From the NCBI GenBank assembly GCA_965197495.1, contig OZ240210.1, positions 3,803,836 through 3,867,835 on the forward strand: a stretch of 64,000 bases of DNA, given 5' to 3'. Of the stretch, positions 36,581-45,994 are shown in pieces; the first letter of the stretch is position 1; every line of letters starts with the position of its first letter. Both the position numbers and the translations under genes were made by a program. Source of the stretch: Candidatus Marinacidobacterales bacterium. GTDB lineage: Bacteria > Acidobacteriota > Vicinamibacteria > Marinacidobacterales > SMYC01. Below the pieces are notes generated by a model. The model was not told where the DNA came from and searched no databases. It saw only the letters and a list, made by a program, of their open reading frames with translations.

Positions 36581-36809
36581 ACTGTAGCGGCTGCGGCTAC
36601 AGGCATTCCCGCCTCTATTTGTTGCAGAGAAACAGAATGACGTGCTGTTGGCGCTGGCATGAGACGTGCCTTTAGCCGGAACTTCCGCCGGCTAGACGCA
36701 TGTAAACCCGTACGTTTAAAGCAGATGCGGCGGTTCGAAATGTAATGTGTACGCATGTAATAGTGACAGAACAATTTATTTTACTGATTTAGTCCTGTAT
36801 AGTCGGCGC

Positions 36810-37165
36810 ATGTACATCGCCAAGGTGCCGAACCGCAACTCGCCCCCAGCGATTCTCATCCGCGAAAGCGGTGCGCCCAAAACGAGGACCGTCGCCAACA
36901 TCTCGAAGTGGAAGCCCGCGCGAATTGAAGCTCTTCGCCAGTTGCTGAAGGGCAACGTGGATTTGGGTGAGGCTCAGCAGTTCGAGATCACCAGAAGCAA
37001 GCCTCACGGACATGTTGCGGCCGTGCTGGGAACGCTGCGCAAAGTTGGCCTCGAGCGAATCATCCATAGCCGCCAGCGCCGAGAGCGTGACCTCGTCGTG
37101 GCGATGATTGTGGCGCGAATCGTAGAGCCGGGCAAGTCCAAGCTTGGCTCCGCTCGAACAGTTGC
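36810..37165 (+). pseudogene. N-terminal fragment (~117 codons) of a second, different IS1634-family transposase
   Basis: MYIAKVPNRNSPPAILIRESG..TRTVANISKWKPARIEALRQLLKG..HGHVAAVLGTLRKVGLERII..DLVVAMIVARIVEPGSKL-type N-terminus. No DDE domain follows. Confidence 0.6.
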
Positions 37166-37449
37166 CGGTAGGCTCATACTACCGGGACCGGGACGGCCGA
37201 CAAGTCAGAAGGGTTTCCTCATTCCTCGCCGAGGACGCGGAGGATCTCTGGACGATCCTTGGCAAGTAGATACACAGCACTCCGTAACCGGCTGACCGCG
37301 CCGTCCACTTGATCCATGCGCGTCGAAAGGGTGCGGTCGATATTTCCGATCCGCAAGTCGACGCGCTCGATATCCCCGCGGATGGCCGTCACGTCGTCCT
37401 TCGTGGCCATGTGGTCTTCAACACGCCCAATCCGAGTCTCTATTCCGTT

Positions 37450-38040
37450 TAATGTCCCACTCGGGGATGGTTGAAATCCCACGCCTTTAGGCGAAGCCTT
37501 TAGGAGGCTTGGGGTACGATCCCGAGGTGAAAGGATATCGTAAATCATCGCACACGACGTACCAGTTAAACTATCACTTCGTATTTATCACGAAGTACCG
37601 CAAGCCGGCCTTGAGAGGGGATGTAGCGGTTCGTCTCCGGGATCTCATCCGGGAGATCTGTGCTCGGAACCAGATAGAAATACTGAAGGGTCATGTGCGG
37701 CCTGAGCACGTGCACCTGTTGCTGAGCGTGCCGCCGAATTTGTCGCCGAGTCGAGTGATGCAGTTGATCAAGGGTAAGACGTCGAATCGTCTGATGCGCG
37801 ACTTTCGGAGGATGCGGAAGGAGTTCTGGGGTCGGCACCTACGGGCACGGGGTTACTTCGTGGTGACAACGGGCAACGTGACGGATGAGGTGATAGCGAA
37901 GTATATAGAGTTGCAGGGTGCCGTGCTCCAGGACGACGATTCTTTCAAGGTCAGTGAGTAGTGAAACGAGGCAAGGACAAGCCGACTTTAGTCGGCGACG
38001 TGAACCCATCGCCTTTAGGCGATGGAGCGCACGCGCTCAG
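37450..38040 (+). mobile_element. IS200/IS605-family element, copy 2 (591 bp)
   Basis: Same as 17790-18380 except for 2 substitutions (TnpA P->L and R->K near the C-terminus). Confidence 0.9.
37509..37961 (+). CDS. tnpA: IS200-type Y1 (HUH) transposase
   Basis: 148 of 150 aa identical to the 17849..18301 product. Confidence 0.9.
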   Translation: MGYDPEVKGYRKSSHTTYQLNYHFVFITKYRKPALRGDVAVRLRDLIREICARNQIEILKGHVRPEHVHLLLSVPPNLSPSRVMQLIKGKTSNRLMRDFRRMRKEFWGRHLRARGYFVVTTGNVTDEVIAKYIELQGAVLQDDDSFKVSE

Positions 38041-38292
38041 TCGGCTCTCAACCCCGCCGACCTTGTCGCGTATGCTCTCCACGTTCGAAGCGAGGAAACG
38101 CAGAATATCCTCGCTGTCCTCTCGTCCGTCCGTCATCCTGTCCAAAGCTCTCTTCCAATTAGTATGTTGTCAAACTTTCGGCTCCACCGCCACCGTAGCG
38201 GAAGCGCCATCTCCATATAGAGACGACAAATCCGATGATGAATCTCCCGCCTGGAAGTAGGAATTCCGGTACGAGGTGCTAACGATCTGCCG

Positions 38293-38640
38293 TCATCCAG
38301 CAATGCCGCCGCCGTCGACCACCAGGGCGGCGCCGGTCATGAACGAGGAGGCGTCGGTCGACAGGTCTGGGGTGATGTCGAGGAACGCGGCCGGATGCTG
38401 ATACCGGCATTGTTGATCAGCACATCGACCGCGCCCATCTGCCGGACCGCTTTGGCGAAGGCGGCCTCCACCGCGTCGCGATCGGCGACGTTGGCATCGA
38501 GGATGCCGGACAGGCCCGGCAACTCGCTGCCGATCCTCTCACGAGCTTCGGCGCTGCGATCGAGCACGCAGACGGCAGCGCCTTCTTCCAGGAACCGGAT
38601 GGCCGCTGCAGGTAGCAAGCAGCGGAATACAGTGTCTTCC
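38293..38640 (-). pseudogene. SDR oxidoreductase remnant (N-terminus missing, internal deletion, frameshift)
   Basis: ..AAIRFLEEGAAVCVLDRS..VDVLINNAGI is followed in another frame by HPAAFLDITPDLSTDASSFMTGAALVVDGGGIAG*. There is no TGxxxGxG and no YxxxK. Confidence 0.55.
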
Positions 38641-39919
38641 TCAAAACGGCACGGAATAAAATGTTAGCTTCACCAGCAGCTCGCGGTGCGTCAGCATCGA
38701 GCCCGGTCCGGCGATGTCACGGTCTTCGTTATACACGATGAACAAATCGCTTCCTGGGCGGTACGTGTAGCGAAAGAGTACGTTGGCAAGCGACTCCTGA
38801 GAGTCGTCGTTGAACTGGATGAGCGCGCGCACAAAAGCTCTCGGTGAGAACGCTACGACACCTCGCAAGATAAGGAGGGTGGTCGTGAAACTTACCTCCT
38901 TCGACGGGAAGAGAGACGTCGTTGCGGGAATAGAAGGCGTTGACGCGCACACGGTTGTGAGGCTTGGCTTCGACGCCGAGGCTTATCGAGCGCAGCGTGC
39001 CGTTATAGAACGCGCCATCCGAGTAGAGCACCGAGGGTGCGATGCGCCGGCTTTGATCGAAGGTGAAATTCGCGTTGAAACGGTTGAAGTGATACTCGCC
39101 GACGGGGATCTCGATGTCGTCGCGAATCTCGAACGGCTCCGTCAAGCCTTCGGCATTATATTCCCAGCCCCCGAACAGAACGGACCCATCGTTGAAGAGG
39201 ATGTAGGGCTTCAGCTTGCGCCGGCCGCCGGGCCGCGCCCGCTCGATCCCGGTGAGCTGACCGTAGCGCGAAGCGCGAAACTTTGCGTTGAATCCCCAAT
39301 CCGGAGTGATGAACGCCCAATAGGATTCTTCGCGCTTGCGCGCCACACGCCGGCCGAAATTGAGGCCCCATCCTTCAGAGCTTCCCGGAATGAAGCGCAA
39401 CGTGTTGAACGGAATCGCGATCTCCGCCGTCCAGCCGCCCTCGTCTTTCGTGGACGCGACTTGCCAGACGCCGTCCCACTCGAAGTTCTGAACCGCCCCC
39501 TCGTTGCGCATCACTCCGTCGAGCCGCGTGCCGACGGGATTGGTCGCGAAGTAAAAAGCGTTGCGCCCATCTCGGAACGTGTCGAGAAAGATCTCGAAGC
39601 TGTCCTCGGACTCGAGCAAGGCGTCGCGGCGATACTCCGTCCCGACGAGACGCTCGGGCTCGATGTCGAACAGCCGGGCGCCGATCAGAAGAACGTCGCG
39701 GGTATAGGCGATGCGAACTTCGGTGCGCTCGGTGGCGGGCTCGCCCACTTGCGGCTCCGATTGAACGAAGCCGGTGACGACGGTCGCGCTCTGCCATAGC
39801 GGCTCACTCAATACACCGTCTATGCGAGGAAGCTCTTCAACCTCACGCGCGTTCACAACGAGCTCTCGGCCGTCGAGAGCCTGAGCGAGGGCAACGCCAA
39901 GAGCGAAGGATATCAGCAA
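38641..39919 (-). pseudogene. DUF5916 / carbohydrate-binding-family-9-like gene, frameshifted near 38890 and apparently shortened
   Basis: The N-terminal part has IDGVLSEPLWQSA..SFEIFLDTFRDGRNAFYFATNPVG..WTAEIAIPFNTLRF. After ..LPVEGGKF another frame continues TTTLLILRGVVAFSPRAFVRALIQFNDDSQESLANVLFRYTYRPGSDLFIVYNEDRD. Confidence 0.6.
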
Positions 39920-39926
39920 GCGGAGG

Positions 39927-40622
39927 CTACTCTTCGAGCACGTATTCGAAAACCATCCAAGATACCGCGAGATAGGACGTCGTGCAGCCGGCGAGAAGCG
40001 TCACCCATGTGCCCGGGCCCGACAAAGGATCGACATCGAAGAGAAGCCGCGTGGCCTCGGCCGCCGCGATGACGATGGGAATGGCGAAGCTGAAGAGAAG
40101 CATCGGAAGGAGCACATCGCGCATCGTCGTATTGGCGGCGACCGCCGCGAGGATGGTGCCGAGCGCTGTATAGCCTACCGTTCCGAGAACGAGGACGAGA
40201 CCGAACCAAGCGAGGTCCGAGCCTGGAAGGATCGTAGGCACGTTCAAATTGAAGAAGACGACGAAGAGCGGGAGCACGAAGATCTCCATCACGAGTATGA
40301 AGACAAGGTTCGAGAGAAGCTTCCCGAAATAGATCGCGCTCCTATCGACCGGCGCGAGCATGAGACCGGAGAGGCTCTGATTCTCGCGCTCTGCCGCGAA
40401 GCTCCGGTTGAGGCCGAGCGTCGAGGCGAAGATGAACGCGGTCCACAAAATACCGGGGCCGAGCTCGAGTGCCCGCGTCTCGTCGAGGGCGAGCGTGAAA
40501 TTGAAGACGACCAGCACGAGCACCGCGAAGACGAACATCGAGGAGACGATCTCTTTCGTGCGTAGCTCTTTGCGCACGTCTTTCCGAAGGATGGCGAGCA
40601 CGACGCGCACATAAGGACTCAC
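39927..40622 (-). CDS. ccmB: heme exporter protein CcmB
   Basis: GTG at 40622 overlaps the ccmA stop (GTGA). VSPYVRVVLAILRKDVRKELRTKE.. is a polytopic ABC-2-like membrane protein. The longer listed ORF (to 40991) overlaps ccmA and is rejected. Confidence 0.85.
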   Translation of the reverse strand: MSPYVRVVLAILRKDVRKELRTKEIVSSMFVFAVLVLVVFNFTLALDETRALELGPGILWTAFIFASTLGLNRSFAAERENQSLSGLMLAPVDRSAIYFGKLLSNLVFILVMEIFVLPLFVVFFNLNVPTILPGSDLAWFGLVLVLGTVGYTALGTILAAVAANTTMRDVLLPMLLFSFAIPIVIAAAEATRLLFDVDPLSGPGTWVTLLAGCTTSYLAVSWMVFEYVLEE

Positions 40623-41359
40623 GTTCGCTTCCGCGAGCTCGTCTCGAGAAGGAGACGGCGGAGCACTTCGACGGTATGGGCGGTGGGGCCGGTCGCGTCG
40701 GTTGCATCGGGCACGATACGGCCGCCGTCCATGAGCAAGACGCGATCGGCAAGGGCGACGCCGCGCTCGATGTCGTGCGTGGCGAGGAGCACGGTGACGT
40801 CGCGGCCCTTGATGTCGTTCAGGAGATTGTTGAGCCGCTCGGAGGCGACCGCATCTAGACCCGTGAAAGGCTCGTCGAGCAAGAGCAGCTTTGGCTCGTG
40901 CGCGAGCGCGCGCGCAATCGCGAGCCGCTGCTGCATGCCGCGCGAGAGGCTTCGCGTGGGAGAGCCCGACCGTAGCGCGAGGTCCGCCCATTCGAGAAGC
41001 TCGTCGACATCGCGCGACGTGCCATAGAGCGAAGCGTAGAATTCGAGGTTCTCGCGTACGGTCAGATCGGCATAGACGAAGCTCTGATGGGTCACGAGCC
41101 CGATCTTGGCCCGCATCGAGCTCGTGAGCTCGGCGAGCGGCTTGCCGTCGTAGAAGAGCTCACCGGAAGTCGGGTTCATGAGGGTCGCCGCCACGCGGAG
41201 AAGCGTCGACTTCCCGGCGCCGTTTCTACCGAAGAGCACGTGGCAACGGCCGCGTCTGAGTTCGAGATCGACTTCCTTCAGGGCGGGGACGCGTCCGAAC
41301 TGCTTCGTCAGACGTCTGGCCGCGAAAACGGCCGCTCCCGAGGTTTCCGTCAACCCCAA
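40619..41359 (-). CDS. ccmA: heme ABC exporter ATP-binding protein CcmA
   Basis: Walker A GRNGAGKST, signature LSRGMQQR, Walker B LLLLDEP. The exact start (TTG) is uncertain. Confidence 0.8.
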   Translation of the reverse strand: MGLTETSGAAVFAARRLTKQFGRVPALKEVDLELRRGRCHVLFGRNGAGKSTLLRVAATLMNPTSGELFYDGKPLAELTSSMRAKIGLVTHQSFVYADLTVRENLEFYASLYGTSRDVDELLEWADLALRSGSPTRSLSRGMQQRLAIARALAHEPKLLLLDEPFTGLDAVASERLNNLLNDIKGRDVTVLLATHDIERGVALADRVLLMDGGRIVPDATDATGPTAHTVEVLRRLLLETSSRKRT

Positions 41360-41366
41360 AAAAACC

Positions 41367-42431
41367 TCAATCGGCGCGTCGCGTCGAAGACGGATAAAGC
41401 GTGGCTAGAAGGCCGTAGCCGAGGGCCGCCGCCATCAAGATGACCAAGACCCATTTCGACGCACGGGTGGGATCGGTGAGGCGCGTCACGGTGCCACCCG
41501 TGGTCGCGGCGGGTGGTGCCGCGCCCCCACTGCTCCCGCTTCTAGAAGGTACGAGATCTTCTGCCATTGGGCTACCGCCCGAAAGCTCGAAACGGATGGG
41601 ATCGCCGGCGGCGACGTCGCTCTTTCGAATGGCAAAGAAGCGCCCCTGCGGCTCGACCCCGAGAATCTCCCAGCCCTCGGCCTGAACGTTCACGTCGGGG
41701 GGCGCCAGGAAGACGAGAAGCTCTGGGAGCACGAAGAAGCTTTGCGCGTCCACGGCGTAGCGGCCGCCGGTATAGCCCACTTCGTACGAGATCGCTATTT
41801 GCGTCTCACCCGGCTTGAACGCCGTCTTCGTCACATAGCCGGGGCCTGTCGCGATGGGCGAAGCCTGTTGCGGCACGGGCATCCCGCTCGCGCCCGAGGC
41901 CGAGACCGAATGGAGGGCCAGAAGATCGTCCGTCGGCAAGTTGAAACGAAACGTGCCGTCCGGGTTGTGATAGGTGCGGGGCGGCGAGCTTCGGTTCTCG
42001 ACGACAAAAACTTTGTCGACGAGGAGCTTGTCGCCTTCGCGGCGGTAGAGAAATCGCGACGTTGTGATCTCGAGAACGGTGTCGTCCCACTCGCGGAAGG
42101 CGTCGTAGACGGTAATCTCGGCTTGCGCTTCGTAACCGCGGCCGAAGTCGATCGGCTGGTTGTAATTCACGCCCGATGAAGTCACTTGCAGAAGCATCGG
42201 CCGCTGGCCTTCGACTTCGATATCGGTGATCTCGAAGCGGCCCGAGACGGCGCCGAGCTCCTTGACCGGCATCATCTCCGTGGCGAGGCGATAGAGCGTC
42301 ACCTTTTCGCCCGATCCCGGGCCCCCGGTGGTGCCGTTCACGAGCTCCACGGTCAAAATGCCGCCTCGCGGCTGCGGCGCTGCCACGGCCGCCGTGAGCA
42401 CCATGGCGAACGTGAGTGCTCTAAGCTTCAT
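41367..42431 (-). CDS. secreted, C-terminally membrane-anchored hypothetical protein inside the ccm operon
   Basis: The start MKLRALTFAMVLTAAVAAP (signal peptide) overlaps the upstream stop (ATGA). The body is beta-rich, followed by a Gly/Ser/Ala/Pro linker and a C-terminal TM segment KWVLVILMAAALGYGLLATLY. Confidence 0.6.
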   Translation of the reverse strand: MKLRALTFAMVLTAAVAAPQPRGGILTVELVNGTTGGPGSGEKVTLYRLATEMMPVKELGAVSGRFEITDIEVEGQRPMLLQVTSSGVNYNQPIDFGRGYEAQAEITVYDAFREWDDTVLEITTSRFLYRREGDKLLVDKVFVVENRSSPPRTYHNPDGTFRFNLPTDDLLALHSVSASGASGMPVPQQASPIATGPGYVTKTAFKPGETQIAISYEVGYTGGRYAVDAQSFFVLPELLVFLAPPDVNVQAEGWEILGVEPQGRFFAIRKSDVAAGDPIRFELSGGSPMAEDLVPSRSGSSGGAAPPAATTGGTVTRLTDPTRASKWVLVILMAAALGYGLLATLYPSSTRRAD

Positions 42432-42937
42432 GCGTTCACCTTTTCGCCGCAAGCGTTACAGAACTTGGCCTTCGGCGGCAGCTTTTCGCCGCAAGCACCG
42501 CACCGGGCCTCGAAGGGGCTCCCGCAATCGAAGCAGAACTTCGAGCCCTTTGGGTTGGCTTCGCCGCAGCTCGCGCAAGCGATCGTCTCCGCCTTGCTCT
42601 CGGGCGCAGCCCTTTTGGACTTCGCCGTTTTCCTCTTTTTGGGCTTGGGCTTTGGTTGCGGCGCGAGCTCGTCGATTCGAGCGATTACTGCCGAGACTTG
42701 CGCGATGTAGTCGTTGCGCGAGGATTCGTAATCCGCGTCGGACAGCTTGCCGGAAGCTTTCTCGAAGTCCAGGTCTTTGATGTTGCTCAAAATCTGAGCT
42801 TTTTTCTCTTCGAGGTCGCGGAGCTCGCTTTGGGTTTTGTCGAGCCCGATCGGCTCGGAGGCTTGGTTCGCGAAGACTGGATAGAGAACAAAAGCGACGA
42901 CAACGGTGCCGAGTGTAGCGAGAAGGGCGAGTATCAA
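42428..42937 (-). CDS. membrane protein: N-terminal TM + CcmI-like coiled segment + C-terminal double zinc ribbon
   Basis: TTG at 42937 overlaps the ccmH stop (TTGA). ILALLATLGTVVVAFVLYPVF; ..IKDLDFEKASGKLSDADYESSRNDY..; CASCGEANPKGSKFCFDCGSPFEARCGACGEKLPPKAKFCNACG. Confidence 0.6.
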   Translation of the reverse strand: MILALLATLGTVVVAFVLYPVFANQASEPIGLDKTQSELRDLEEKKAQILSNIKDLDFEKASGKLSDADYESSRNDYIAQVSAVIARIDELAPQPKPKPKKRKTAKSKRAAPESKAETIACASCGEANPKGSKFCFDCGSPFEARCGACGEKLPPKAKFCNACGEKVNA

Positions 42938-43395
42938 CTCAAATCCTGGAGCTCTTTCTCGATGCGGGCGCGGTGGGCGTCGCTTATGGGCATGACGTCT
43001 TCTCCGACGACTGTCTGCTGTCTCCACGCGCGCAGCACGCGGCCGATGACGAAGGCGCCGACGATGAACGTGATGATCGGCATGATCCAGGCCGTCAAGT
43101 GAAAGCCCGCCGCGGGCGGCGCTGACAAGATCACGAGGCCGTAGCGCTCTTTGAACGCCTCGACGATGCCTTCGATGCTCTCGCCTTTGCCGATCCGGTC
43201 CCAGACCTCTTCACGGATAGGCTCCGCCGAATGGCAGTGCTCCATCGAGCAGGACGATATCGTCTGATTGCAGCCGCATTGGCACATGAGCGCATCGCCG
43301 GCGGCGCGAAACTCCGGACCGTGAGCGCGTTCTACCTGGGCGAAGGCGCTCAGGGTCAAGAGCAGGATGACGGCGATGGCGCTAAGCGACTTCAT
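42934..43395 (-). CDS. ccmH: cytochrome c maturation protein CcmH/NrfF family
   Basis: Signal peptide, Cys-rich motif LMCQCGCNQTISSC, ..GESIEGIVEAFKERYGLVILSAPP, and a C-terminal TM segment. Confidence 0.8.
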   Translation of the reverse strand: MKSLSAIAVILLLTLSAFAQVERAHGPEFRAAGDALMCQCGCNQTISSCSMEHCHSAEPIREEVWDRIGKGESIEGIVEAFKERYGLVILSAPPAAGFHLTAWIMPIITFIVGAFVIGRVLRAWRQQTVVGEDVMPISDAHRARIEKELQDLS

Positions 43396-45415
43396 ATTTC
43401 TTCTTGCTCTGAGTGGCGACCTTTCTCCCGGCCTCGGTTTTGCGCGCGAGCTTCAGCTCGCGTTTGTCCGGCACGAGAGTCACCGCGGTTCCCAGGAACA
43501 TCACGATGGCGCCGATCCAAACCCAGCGCACGAGCGGCTTGACGAAGATTTGCACCGTGGCCTTGTTGTCGTCAGTGACGCTCGCGAAAATGAGATAGAC
43601 GTCCTCGACGAAGGTCGTATGCCGCCGCACTTCGGAGGTCGGCTGCCCGCTCGCGAAGTAGAAATGCTTTTGCGGCTCATAGGTGCCGACGAGCTTGCCA
43701 TTCTTGCGGAGCTCGAGCTCCGCCGAGAGCCACTCATAGTTCGGCGTGCGGCCGTCATTCAAGGCCACGAGCTTCACGTCGTAGCTCTTGAGTTGGATCG
43801 ACTCACCCGTGGCGAGATCGGCCTTCATGTCCGTGTCGAACGCCAGGCCGGCGATGCCGACGAAGATCAGCACCATCCCGAAATGGACGATGTAGCCGCC
43901 GTAGCGACGCGTGTTCACGAGCGTGAGATCGACGAGCGCGCTCCTATAGCTTCCGCCTCGATGGGTCTGTCGCGCCCGCGCCCCTTTGTGAAACTCCAGC
44001 ACGATCGTCGTGGTCACGAAAGTCGAGAGAGCAAAGGTCATGAGCGCCGCGGGGTGTCTCATGCCGAGCGCGAGAAGGCCGACGAACGTCGCGACACCGA
44101 CAAGGCACGGCCAGGTAAAGTTTCTTCTGAGGCTCAAGAGCGATGACTTCCGCCAAGCGAGAAGTGGCCCGATGCCGGTGAGCGCGAGGAGCGCGAGACC
44201 GATGGGAACGTTGACCTTGTTGAAATAGGCCGGGCCCACCGTCGCTTTCTCGTCGTGGAGCCATTCCGACAAGACGGGATACATTGTGCCCCATAGCACG
44301 GCGAAGCACGCGATGAGGAAGAGCAAGTTGTTGAACAAAAAGCTCGATTCCCGGGAGACGATGGAGTCGAGCTCGTTCTTGGACTTGAGCTCCGGGAGCC
44401 GGTAAAGGATGAGGCCGGTGCAGACCACCGCAGCCACGATGATGAAGGCGAGGAAGGTGTGCGCGAACTCAGATTCGGCGAACGCATGCACCGAAGAAAC
44501 CACGCCGCTCCGCGTGAGAAACGTTCCGAAGATGCAGAGAAGATAGGTGATGACAACGAGCGCGACGTTCCAAATCTTGAGCATCCCCTTGCGCTCCTGG
44601 ATGATGACGGAGTGCAAGTAAGCCGTGCCTGTGAGCCAGGGCAAGAGCGCGGCGTTCTCGACCGGGTCCCATGCCCAATAGCCGCCCCAGCCGAGCTCGA
44701 CATAAGCCCAGCGCCCTCCGAGGATGAGGCCGGTGCCGAGGAAGAACCAAGCGACGAGCGTCCACCGGCGGGTCGACGTGATCCATTCGGCGCCGAGACG
44801 GCCCGACGCGAGTGCGGCGACGCAAAACGCGAAGGGGATGACGAAACCGACATAGCCGATATAGAGAATCGGCGGATGGATCGCCATGATGGGATGCTGC
44901 AAGAGCGGGTTGAGGCCACGGCCATCGGCTGGAGCCCAAGATTCCGGGCCGGCCGCGGTGACGACGCCGAGCTCGACGAACGGATTACAGACCCAATAGT
45001 TCAAATAGGTGAAGAAAAGCGTAATCATACCGAGCGTCGCGACGACATAAGGCATGAGCTCGCGGTTTTTCTTCTGGTTCGTCAGGATCGTGATGGCCGT
45101 GAAAACAAAGATGAGCCAGCTCCAGAACAGAAGCGAGCCGTTATTGCCCGCCCAGAGCGACGAGATCTTGTAGACGAAAGGAAGATCTCGGTTCGAGTAG
45201 CTCGCAACATATTCGAAGCGAAAGTCGCTCTTGAGAAGAAGCGTTACGAGCGCGAAGCACGCCGCGGTCGAAAGCGCCGAGCATGTCAGAAGGGCGCGCT
45301 CGCCGCTTTTGACGAGGCGCGAGCTTTCGCGGCGAGCGCCGAGGATGGAGGCGACCACCGCGTAAGAGGCGAGCACGACGATCGCCATGAGTGAAAAATT
45401 GCCGATATGATGCAT
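43382..45415 (-). CDS. ccmF: cytochrome c heme lyase subunit CcmF
   Basis: 677 aa and polytopic, with WGGYWAWDPVENAALLPWL (WWD motif). Confidence 0.9.
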   Translation of the reverse strand: MHHIGNFSLMAIVVLASYAVVASILGARRESSRLVKSGERALLTCSALSTAACFALVTLLLKSDFRFEYVASYSNRDLPFVYKISSLWAGNNGSLLFWSWLIFVFTAITILTNQKKNRELMPYVVATLGMITLFFTYLNYWVCNPFVELGVVTAAGPESWAPADGRGLNPLLQHPIMAIHPPILYIGYVGFVIPFAFCVAALASGRLGAEWITSTRRWTLVAWFFLGTGLILGGRWAYVELGWGGYWAWDPVENAALLPWLTGTAYLHSVIIQERKGMLKIWNVALVVITYLLCIFGTFLTRSGVVSSVHAFAESEFAHTFLAFIIVAAVVCTGLILYRLPELKSKNELDSIVSRESSFLFNNLLFLIACFAVLWGTMYPVLSEWLHDEKATVGPAYFNKVNVPIGLALLALTGIGPLLAWRKSSLLSLRRNFTWPCLVGVATFVGLLALGMRHPAALMTFALSTFVTTTIVLEFHKGARARQTHRGGSYRSALVDLTLVNTRRYGGYIVHFGMVLIFVGIAGLAFDTDMKADLATGESIQLKSYDVKLVALNDGRTPNYEWLSAELELRKNGKLVGTYEPQKHFYFASGQPTSEVRRHTTFVEDVYLIFASVTDDNKATVQIFVKPLVRWVWIGAIVMFLGTAVTLVPDKRELKLARKTEAGRKVATQSKKKYEVA

Positions 45416-45479
45416 CGGGTTCGAAACCTTTTTGCTGCCTAATGAAAGTTGCTATGAAATCGTTCCAGCCGAGGCCGGG

Positions 45480-45899
45480 TTATTCGGCCACGGTCGAGCC
45501 TTCTTCGAAGGCAGCCTCGTATTTCGAGGCGCATTTCGCTTGCACGAGCGTGGCCTCGAATGTTCCCGCTGGCGTGAGCGTCCCTTCGGCGACCGCTTGA
45601 GCGCGATCGACGAGCGTGTCCGGAAGTGGGCCCCGTCCGACATATTTGACTGGAAGCGTCTCACCCTCGTAGTCGATCACGAACGTCACGACGCCCTCAC
45701 CGTGGCGCTCGATCGAGCCGACGACTACATTGCCCGCGACACGCACCCGGCGTCCTTCGACCCTTTGGCCCATGGCTTTGAGCTCCGGGACGGTCTGATA
45801 GTAGGCCTTGCTCTCCTCCATACCCGTAATCGCGAGGGCGAGAACGGCGCACAGAATGACAGCGGTTCCAGCAACGAATTTGAGTTTTTTCGTGATCAT
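45480..45899 (-). CDS. ccmE: heme chaperone CcmE, CxxxY variant
   Basis: MITKKLKFVAGTAVILCAVLAL (anchor), RVRVAGNVVVGSI OB-fold, and a C-terminal VQAKCASKYE where canonical CcmE has H-x-x-x-Y. Confidence 0.85.
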   Translation of the reverse strand: MITKKLKFVAGTAVILCAVLALAITGMEESKAYYQTVPELKAMGQRVEGRRVRVAGNVVVGSIERHGEGVVTFVIDYEGETLPVKYVGRGPLPDTLVDRAQAVAEGTLTPAGTFEATLVQAKCASKYEAAFEEGSTVAE

Positions 45900-45994
45900 G
45901 GCGTGCACTCTCCCTTGCATTATACTGGCGCGCCCTCTGCCACCGCAAGGAAAGGTCGTAGCCTTATCTTGTTGAATTAGTGGAAGTTAAGGCG

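Larger units (their letters stand above)
37219..38145 (-). pseudogene. small coiled-coil gene interrupted by IS200 copy 2
   Basis: The 5' part (38145-38041) is MDRMTDGREDSEDILRFLASNVESIRDKVGGVESR. The 3' part (37449-37219) is NGIETRIGRVEDHMATKDDVTAIRGDIERVDLRIGNIDRTLSTRMDQVDGAVSRL... Deleting 37450-38040 joins them in frame. Confidence 0.65.

Noticed and set aside
39927-40991. 354-aa version of ccmB starting at 40991
   Set aside because: The first ~120 codons overlap ccmA and are Arg/Ala/Pro junk. GTG at 40622 overlaps the ccmA stop and gives a normal CcmB length.
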